Below, one piece after another: positions 24,601 through 35,200 of a stretch of 64,000 nt of DNA. Position 1 is the first letter of the stretch. Each line of letters opens with the position of its first letter. The notes under the pieces were generated by a model. It saw only the letters and a program-made list of their open reading frames with translations. It searched no databases and had not been told where the DNA came from. A program made the translations under genes and the position numbers. Source of the stretch: Podarcis vaucheri (taxonomy: Eukaryota); NCBI GenBank assembly GCA_965113315.1, contig OZ220363.1; one strand, 5' to 3'.

Positions 24601-27600
24601 GAACTGAGAGAAGTGGGTAGGCCTGGGTGATCTATCCCCATTTGTTTGTTGGCAGTCGGTAAATTTTTCATTTGGAATTTGGCAGCTGCAGGTCAGGTAA
24701 GCTGTTTCTGAAGAATTTAGCTAACAGGCTCCAAAAACAAGCAGGTTGATAAGATGAAGGGTTGCTTCCGGTTGCCAAAACCTATATTTCAGCTCTGAAG
24801 GACATTTTAAAAAATTGTTTCGATGCAGTGGCACTAATTGAGAAATCCCTAAAAACGTTCTTGCTTTTTCTTTATCGCCAGGGCCATTTGGAAGCCTTAC
24901 TTGCCAAGGAAGCTCTGAATCCAAGAGTGGCCTAATTGCAACCTGCTCCACTTTCTGTACCTGCTGCCTGTTTTTAAAACTATGAATAGCAATCTTTCTG
25001 CTCTTGCTCTCTGCAAGTTAATTAATTGCTTTTAAGAGGTATTTCCCCCTGCCTACAAGTTACTTTGTTGATTACAGATGCTGGGTGCTTTATTATGTGT
25101 TAATTACTACTGGGATACTTGCTAGCTTGTCAGGTTCATTTCTTGATAACAGAAATGCCAGATTTCTATTGAAAAAGAGGTTGCCAAGGCAACCAATACA
25201 CTCTGGAGATAACTCTCTTTTGGATAGGCCTTCTAAGTAAGCAAAGAATGTGGTCAGAAAAAGGTGGTGTTTTATGTGGACATCATCATAACAATCTATG
25301 GCCTTTTAAACTGTGGGTGTGGGGGTTATTGCTTCGTTTCTTGTTATGTGTTTTTGTGTTTTTATACATTAAACCGTCTTGTGATCATTGGATAAAGGGC
25401 TATATGGAAATTCAATAAATAAAAAACAAGAACTATACAAATGTAGCTATTATTTGATCCCTTCTGAGAAGCAACATGGGAGAAAATTTGGATGGGCCAT
25501 GAGAAAGGATAGGAAAACAATATTATGTATGTAAAAATACATGCAAACATAGCAGAGCACAGCCCAATGGTTCCAAATCTAAATCGTGAACCTTCAGTAG
25601 GATGCTGGGCTTAACTCCACAATTTAAATATTGATACACCACGGCCCTTCAGAAACATGTCTTAGTAATGTTACCTAGCATATATGTTTGCAATGAAGTG
25701 ATGGAGAAAGCAAGCTCACTCAATGATGGAGAAACAGGCTAGTCAACCACAGCAAGAAAACATCAACCACTGGTCTTTGGATTGAGGCTTGAACCCAGCT
25801 ACACAATCAGAAGAACCACGTGGTAAAGTTCCTGCTGTGCAGAACAATTTCAGTGCTTCCGCATAATTCCCTGCATGTCAAAGAGATGGCAAAGTTACCT
25901 ACCCCACCTGTTTCAGCTGATCATGTAGCTCAGCTCTTAAGTGTGCTGGGAAAACTTGCTGAAGCAAACTGTACTAAAGGTTATGAGCCACTGGGATGTG
26001 CTGCAAATGAATTCAGTGTATAACACAGACCTTTGGGCAGATAAAGCCTCTTACCTTGAATTCCATAGGTGTGTATTTCTCATTCTTGGGAGTTGTGTTG
26101 CCTTTGTAATGGAGATGATTGGGAGTGGTGGGATGGATAACAGTTGACTCCTGAGATTGCCTCTGGCAACGCTGGCAGTATACATAGATAACAAAGGTTA
26201 AGAGGCTAGAACCAAAGAAGCAGGAGACCCCTGTGGCAATTAGGTGGATGAGGCTGAAACCTAGAGAAGAAAGTGTGGTAAGAGATGCTGTGGTTAGAGA
26301 CATAAACAAGAACAAAAACACTTTCAACAACAACAAACCACTCAAGAGGGTAATTTTCTCTTTCCTAGGCATAAGGAAAATGTGTTTCTGAAAGAAGCCA
26401 GTGTCTTGCATGGTAACACCCACTAACAGACGCTTCCTTCCCTTACTATCAAGTCTGCTCATCACAGTTCTGCTTCAGTGGCATCATACGCTGTTTTCTT
26501 AAAGCTATTCCTTTCTCCTCCAATTGATACTGAAACTAAACATTAAGCTGACAGGCAGAGAAATGAGGTATACAAACAATACACAGCAACAGGTTCCAAA
26601 GAATGTGCACGTCACGGAAACTGGGAGGTGGGTGGTAAACTCAGAATTTCTCAAATCAGAAGAAAGGAAGGCCTTCTGACCTACCTAAAATGCACAAGGA
26701 ATGAATAAGTGGAGGTGGCTGATAAGGTGTGGTAGGTCTAGGCTGGTTCCCTATTTGAGAAGGTTCTTGGCAAAGTGCTCTTGGGTGGGCCCCTCCTCTG
26801 TCGGGGGATTTACCTGGCAGTGGGTGACAGGGAGTAGTGGCAGGATTCTGAGCAGATACATCTAACTGCCATTAAAATTTACACAGGGACACAAATATGA
26901 TTGCTAGGTGCTCAGATGAAAAATATGTATTTTTAAAGGGGGCCTAGAACAGGCTTCAGCAGTAGCCATTTCAGGGCTCTGGGACTCTGGAAGCCCAAGG
27001 ATGCTGAGCGCTCATGCTAGCACTGAATGGAAGCCTGCAAAATGCTGCCACCACCGAGAAGGAGGAGAGCTCATTGCTTTTTCTATGAGACCTCTGCTCA
27101 GGGCAGCCAAGGCAGGGGACCTGCTTGGCGTTGCACAAGCCACCCCCCTGGCTGCCTCCAATGTATGCTGGCTGCTAAGGATACAGGGTTCCCCACCCTC
27201 CCACCCCAGCCTGGCTTTTGCTCTCTGATCAGCTTCCGCTTCTCCAGCCATCTCTGAAAGCCTGCATGTGCTCTTGCTGATACTTTCTCCACTAGCCACA
27301 GAAAGGGAGCCTCCTGGGAGAAAAAACAGGAAGCAGCAAGAACAAGGGATGACACTGAATATTGCCTGGCTTGGTTTCTTGGTGAGCAATGAAAGCAGAA
27401 CCGCAGCTGCAAGGTGACACCACTGACGCAGGTACCCCATAAAGATTTCAAAGAAGAAAGTTCCTGGTGCATAAAACATTCCCCAACACAAATAAGTAGA
27501 CATATAGATTTCAAAACGCTTCCATTCCAGTGGGTTACCAAGGAGATGTTCTGCTGAGAAAGAGGAATGCAAAGGAGTAAACAACAACAAAAGCCAGTGA

Positions 27601-29170
27601 CAAATTCGAAGAATCATAAAGTTGAAAAGTCACTTGAGGATAAGGTTTCCTAGGCCCTACTTTCAGCATCAATGTAACACTTTAGCATGGATTTTGCCAA
27701 GGTGAGTTGTAGCTAGTGAGGTGCTAAGAATTCTCTGGTGCTCTGGTACTGAGCAGCTGATTCCTCAAAACTTTTCATCTTCAGTCCTGTCCCTTACAAG
27801 GTCTCTCTGCCTTTCAGCTGTGCTTCCATGGCACCTGGCTAAATATTTGAATAACATGAGCATTCTATGAATCTGCAGGCTGATGTTTCTGGTTTTGCCC
27901 ATAACTCAGATTCCCCCTTGTTTCATGTGTGAGAGGGCAGCAGGCTGAATTTCTAATGATTATATCTTTGCCAGATATTCAGAGATGCTAAGGGATAAAT
28001 AATATCCCCATGCATTATATAAACAAATAAGACTGCAATGGCAGAAGAGGGCAGTGAAAATATCAATACCAATGCATAATGATGAATATAAGGTTAATAA
28101 GGAGACCCTGAGCTGAGGCACACACCTGGCAGGAGGAATGGGGATACAAGAAAACCAACCGTGCTGCTAATGGAACTGGAGTCTTAATTCCGTTGCTTCC
28201 CCTGCAGTCACACACACTAGATGGGAAGGTCTGCCGATGGAGCGTTTTGCCTTTTCTGTCATTGCTGTAATGCTTTTTGTACAGAGAGTGACTAATGCGC
28301 AGGCCAAGAGCTGTCCAAGCGGTTCGTCAGGAAAGCTGCTTACTTGTGGGGGCTGTTGTGCAAAACCACTGAAGCACCATGGTGCTTTTGGATGACCCAA
28401 AATCTGCTCCTGACAATTATATCTACTAGAAATTTGGTGATCAGTTTCATGACGGCTGCAACAAAAGCTTAAATCACCCATTGGCATGGTATGCACAGTA
28501 TGTTTATGACTTAATAAGTCAAGATCTGCAACGAGCTGCGGTAGGAGTGCAGGGAGCCCGTTTCCATCTGCTTCAGTAATCTCTGCACAATTAGCTGAAA
28601 AAGCCAGAGTTCTGCTCTTAACCATAGTTCCCTACTACAACTGAACTTTCAAAGTACCAGAACAAGTGCCTTGTGTTAGCGAAGCTGCTATTTTTCTCCT
28701 ATTCAGAAAGATGGAAGGTATCAAAAATCACAATGTGAGAAGCAAGGAAGGTTGCTTTCTCTTCTGGCCCTTCAACAGACTCTGCTAGCTATCAAGCGAC
28801 CTGCAGGAAATGCACAAAGAAAATGCAATTCCCTGAACTCTAAAGAAGTCAGATAAAATTAGTGGCATGGCAACTGCTTTTCCAGTAATCAAGGTTTTGC
28901 ATTGGCTGTCTAATCCCGTTTCTAATGGCAAGATAGCCATCGATTTTGCATTGGGTTCATTTGTAGAGACAACTTTAGAATTCACTGCAGTCTTATTATA
29001 TGAGCTACCCTGGTACAACAGCTTATTACACTGTGAACTACTTGCAGCAATCCCCATGCATTCATTTCTCCCCCTCTCCACCCTCAAAAACCCCTGGAGG
29101 TGGGGAGTAAAATGTGGGAATGCTCTTACACAGAAAGGGAAGGAGAAAGGTATGCATTGTTGTGTATATG

Positions 29171-29250
<80 letters not shown>

Positions 29251-32200
29251 ATGCTCATTTATGCTTGTGCGGGAAAGAGTAGCAACCAAGGCTACTTTCA
29301 CTTCAAAATGTGGTTGGGTGCAAATCTCATCTTCCTGGGGGTGGCAAACACCATTCATAGACCTTTGTACACGGTAAATGAGAGACAAACACAGAAGCAC
29401 CCACTACATTCAAAAGTGCTCAAGAAGTTAAAACATTTATACAATTAACAAGGGATGTGTCGGATCCAGCCTGAGAAACTTTGCCAGTCTTATCAAAATT
29501 CTTTTTGCTTCCCCTTAAAAGCTTTGGAAGTTTCTCCAGAACAGGAACCCGTATCAATGTTTTGCTTATAATGAAATTCAGTGACAACTCTACAATTAAC
29601 TAAGCGCTCAGGAAAATGAGGAATCTCTCTTCATCTTTTCCAGTCCATTTAAAAAGGAGCTGCAGTGGAAAGGACTGTGATCTCCCTGGTAATTAATTAT
29701 TCTGAGATGCTCCCTCCCCCAAATTAAATTCTTATACCAGAAAACTGAATCACAGATACTTTCTCCCCTCCCTTCTTCCCCTCAGACAATCGGACTCCAG
29801 TGGAATTAAGGCTATCAACGGGATGTGAACTGCACAGATTAATGGTTGGGTTGATGCTTCCCAGAAAAGAGGAGTCATGTTAAGATAAAAATAAGATCTA
29901 TAGTTAGCTGTACTCTACCTCCACAGTTCGTGCTCTCGTCAATGCTTGAGGCTGGCAGGATTACTAAACAAAGAGAAAAACAGTGGGGAGAAAAATGTCA
30001 TTTTTGTCATCTGCGACATTGTGCAGGCAATTAAAATCCCTTTGCTCAATGCAAGGCAAGTTAATCTCTGCAGCAAATGGAGGGCCTCCCAGAGCTTTGG
30101 CAAAAAACACAGAATGTAATATAGTGAAAAAAAGTTTTAAGAAGAACATACTCTCTATTGCATGAGAAAATTGTCTAGATTGCAAACTATCCAAATACAA
30201 CACAATAAGCGTCCTTAGAACTGTTTAATTCTGGCAAGAACTGTGCAAATTACAGAAGTATAAATAGAGATATAAAAAAGACTCAAACGAGGCATTTAAA
30301 TTGTGCTCATAAAATACCTGAATAAATGTGAATACCATATGATCCAATTAAATAATATTTTGGCCAATGTATGACACAGACAGATGACCTTGCTATCTAA
30401 GGATGTGTCTGTTTGTGGTACAGAATACAAAACTCCCTGAATATATAAGATCTATTAGTCACAGAATCCTTCCCATCCCTAGATGGAGGTTAGCTATAAT
30501 TCTAAACAGACTATAGCTACACCAAAGTTACTGCCATTTCATTTCCACGCATGGGATCCTAAAAATCCTCCTGAATCTCTTTCCTTCTGCAGGATGCCTT
30601 CTCCTTGCATAACTGAACTAATGAAATACTAGGCAGCATTCAATATACTCACTGCCTTACAAAACACAATCCTATCAATATTAAAAGTGGCAATCAGTTC
30701 TTTTTAGTAAGGCATCCATCTCAGCAATTAGTGGAGCCCTTTCCTTGCTCATTTAGCATGCAAAGTTGCACCCACCTGGGATCTCATTGTACAAGCAGTC
30801 CTGGTATTGTGTGCTGTTCCCAGCACATTGGGAAGATCCTGGATTGTGGATTTCACAGTAACGACTACGATACTGGATCCCATCTTCGTTACACAAGCTC
30901 CATTCAGACCATTCGGACCAGCCTCCTTAAGAATGAGAGATAAGACTTAAGCATGTGGGATGATCACAATGTCAAGCCAAGAAAAAAACATGAGGGATAA
31001 ACAAAGGACAAAAGGTCACATAGTTTCTGAATATGGAAGCCCAACTGAGCATTTAGAAATAATGTCAAATACCCATGAACAGGGGAAGTCTGTTTTGAGA
31101 AGCATAAAGTAGACTGAAAAATGACAAAACCAGTTGTCTAGTTCTGTGATTCAGAACTTGGAAAAATGGTCTGCAACCGTCTTCTCAGCCGAGCTATTGT
31201 TTGGGAACAGACAGACAGGTGAAACTCGAAAAATCAGAATATTGTGGAAAAGTTCATTTATTTCAGCAATTCAACCTAAAAGGTGAAACTAATTTCCAAA
31301 TGAGATGCAGAAGTTGCTCTCATCAGAAAAGAGGCCTTGGGACCACTGAGCAACAGACCAGTTCTTTTTTTCTTTAGCCCAGGTAAGACGCTTCTGACGT
31401 TGTTTCTTGTTCAGGAGCGGCTTGACAAAAGGAATACGACATTTGAAGCCCATCTCCAGGATCCGTCTGTGTGTGGTGGCTCTTGATGCACTAACTCCAG
31501 CCTCAGTCCACTCCTTGTGAAAGTCCCCAACACATTTGAATGGTCTTTTCCTGACAATCCTCTCCAGGCTGCGGTCATCCCTGCTGCTTGTGCACCTTTT
31601 TCTTCCACACTTTCCCCTTCCGCATAACTTTCCATTAATGTGCTCCGATACAGCACTTTGGGAACATCCAACTTATTCTGCAATTACCTTTTGAGGCTTT
31701 CCCTCCTTATGGAGGGTCTCAATGATGGCTTTCTGCACAACTGTCAGGTCAGCAGCCTTCCCCATGATTGTGCTTCCTACTGAATCAGACTGAGAGACCA
31801 TTTAAAGGCTCAGGAACCCATTGCAGGTGTTACGGATTGAATAGCTACTGCACCTTTTCTGAGATTGTTAATTTGGGGTTTTCATCAGCTGTACTCCATA
31901 ATCATCACAATTATAACAAATAAAGGCTTGACATATCTCGCTTTGCATGTCATGAGTCTATCTCATATATTAGTTTCACCTTTTAAGTTGAATTACTGAA
32001 ATAAATGAACTTTTCCACGATATTCTAGTTTCACCTCTATCTATCTATCTAGCTATCTATCTCTATTTATTAATTTATTTCAAAATTACTTTTGAAGAAC
32101 AACAGAAGAATTACATCAGTCCTGAAATCTCAAATGCATTATGAAAACATATTTTTTAAAAGAACATAAATACAAAAATGATGGCATTATACAGAACAAC

Positions 32201-35200
32201 AACAACAGGGCTACCTTCACACAAGTGTGTGTTGCACAGTGCTTCCTCAGTGTGCAGTCCAATGCAGATATCCTCCCCATTAGAGGGCGCTGGGTTGGTG
32301 CAGGTTCGGGTGCGCTGGTAATGCCCTCCTCCACAAGTTGCTGAGCACTGAGACCAAGGAGTCCAGCAGGACCACGAACCTTTCACTAAGGTTCAGAATA
32401 AAGGTTTCAAAATAAAACAATACAAAGATGCAGGCATACTTTTCACCCATCTGTTAATCCCATCACAATAACCCCCCCTCCCCAAATCATTATTTCAAGG
32501 AGAAGAAAGCTATGGAGAAGCTACCACACCAGATGAACAGCATCCTAACTATTTGCCTACAAATACTGTTCATCACTGTTCACAAGTCCCTATTGGTTTC
32601 TTTCTCTGCCAAAATGATTTAAGTTAGTTCATTGCATTTCTGGCCCCTCCAAGCACATAGTTCTGATAAAGGGGGAAGGAATGGCTATGATTATAATGCA
32701 AAAGTAATGACTATTCTCACACATGCACATTTTTTGCAATATCCAAACAATGTCATTGGCATCAAAAAGCCAGAATACATTCCCCCCACATTTAATCTGG
32801 ATTTACCCTGTCTGAGAAAAATCTGATACATTAAAAAAAACCACCTTTGCTAACAGTATATTTGTGATATATGAATGTCTCTTTACAATATTAAGCCCCT
32901 GTCTGAAAGTCCCCTGGAAAAGCACTTTAGGGTACACAACACCAACAGGTGTGGTTTTGGGGGTTGGGAAAGGGTGGAGAAAATGGGGAAAGGAAGGCTC
33001 CTTTACTGTTCTAATCCAGTAAGAAGCAGGGCCATAATTTCAAGGACTAGTTGACAAGGAAATAATATTTCCTGATTGCCAGTCAGGAAAGAGTAACCAA
33101 TACTTAGAGGTGGGTAAGCCATATTGAAATAAGCAAATCTGGACCATGGAATGGTGAGCAAAGTCAAAGTACCAGATCTAATCTTAAACTTAAAGACACA
33201 TCTGATTCTGCACAGCTCTCGCTTTACTAAAGGAGCAGAAAGTTCTAATGTTTTTGAAGCAATGAGATTTTGTTGCAACCTCTCTGCGTGCAGTCCAAAC
33301 TTTCTTTGCCTTTTGAGAGCTGAGCTTACAGCTACATATGTTAAATGCCTTCTGCAAAGGTGCCAGCTCTAACATCAGGAGCAATCATGCCATGCAGCAG
33401 GGTGAAGTGGTCAGCATTAGATGGCATCATGAGGCATGAATTGGTGTGTGAATGGTGCAGCGAGACTTTTCCACATTGTTGGCCCTAGCAGGGAAAAAGG
33501 GAACCATACGTTGGCTCTGCTTCGGGCAGGAAAATGTCTTGGGCCAGCACAGGCAAACATGCCCTACGATGGCAGGGTGAAGAGTAATGGAAGAACTTCA
33601 TAGCACGCTTCTTCAGCACGCTACTCACACTGAACAAAAGCAGGGAACGGTCACAGTATCTACCTGGACAGGGATGTGGGTTGCAGTCCTGATATTCCAT
33701 TGCAGATCCTATGCAAGGTAGGCCACCGTTTTTTGGCTCTGGATTGGTGCATGTTCGCTTCCTGGTTCTGAAGCCCAGCTCACAGTCTCGAGAGCAAGAT
33801 GACCACCCTCCCCAAAAGGACCACCCACCATTAATAATCCGAATAGAGGTCTTGCCGCTTTTCAGAAGGTCATCAACTAAAGCTGGGGGGGGGGCAGTGG
33901 GGAGAGGGGGAGGAAAAAAGAAAAATATAGGAATTAAACACATGGAACCCCCCAGCTTTCTTCCCAACCTTGCAGCAGCAGAAGTGGGCAAGGAGTGTTC
34001 AGATAGTTGCATGGTGAACTATGTTCCCTTCCCAGCTTCAAGGCTAAGAGGAAGGCTGAAAGACTTTTGGCCACTGTGTTGCCCAGAGCATCTTAGCCAT
34101 ACAAGGTCACATTGGCATTCTCTCTCTCTTTCCTTCTCTAAAGTAAGAGATTTCTGTGGCAGGTAAACTGCCAAGGCTTCACAAGCACCCCAGTCACATG
34201 GGCACACTGGTAAGATTCCGTCCCCTGCAAGTGATCATGGCAAATATAGGTTACATTCATCACATAGTGAAGAAAAGATACTGTGGTGCAGTAATTGAAA
34301 TGAACCTGCTTAGCCCCACTCATGCCAACATGTGAGTGGTGCTAATGGTGCAGACACCATGCAGTGGTGGTGGGCTGGATCAGGGCCAATGCACTGAGCT
34401 TGAATCCTGGCAAGATGCAGGCCCTGTGGGCGAATAGTTATTGTATCCAAGAAATCGGCCAATTACCTGCCCTGGATGGGCTTGCACTCTCTCAGAAGGA
34501 GCAAATAAGAAGTCTAGTGGAGACCCAGGTTTCTCACCAAAGGACCTGGTGGCTAGGAGCACTTTTTATCAGCTTCAGCTAGTGTGACATTGGTTCCTGG
34601 ACCAGGATAGCCTGATCACAGTACTTCAGGCACTTCTGATTGGATTACTGCCATGCAGGTGGATCTTCCCTTGTGTTTGGCCCAGGAACTGCAACTACTG
34701 CAGGATGATTGCCGGCAGGAGAGAGAGACCCTGCTGAGGGATCAGCTGCCAATTTGTTACTGGGTGTGTTACTATTGATATATAAAGCTTTCATCACCTT
34801 GGGACCAGTTTGCTTACCCCATATATACCCACTCGACTGCTTCAATTCATGGCACCCCAATTATCTGAAATATCCCCACAATTGTGCTCTCAACCACATA
34901 GTCCTATCATGCGCTCCTGTAGTGTGCAATCACAGCAAGCTGAAGTGACCCCTATGCTGCTTGATGTGTGAAGGGCATCTTAATAAACACAGAAATTAAG
35001 ATTATGCACCTCCAGCAACACAGTGTTTGCAGGTATGTGAAAAGCTCCCAAGCAAATTCCCTAATGCTCATCCATCCTGACAGAGTATATACTGTCTCAA
35101 TCTGCTGGCTTTGGTTTGCTCTGTTGCTATCAACATAGATCAGCATTTAACCAACCCTACGCTTCAGCTGCCCACAACCTCCAGCATGAATAATAAGCAG

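Noticed and set aside
28785-29448. ORFs with SLSLSL/HTHTHT/ERERER runs (also 61259-61705)
   Set aside because: Translations of (GT)n(GA)n microsatellites
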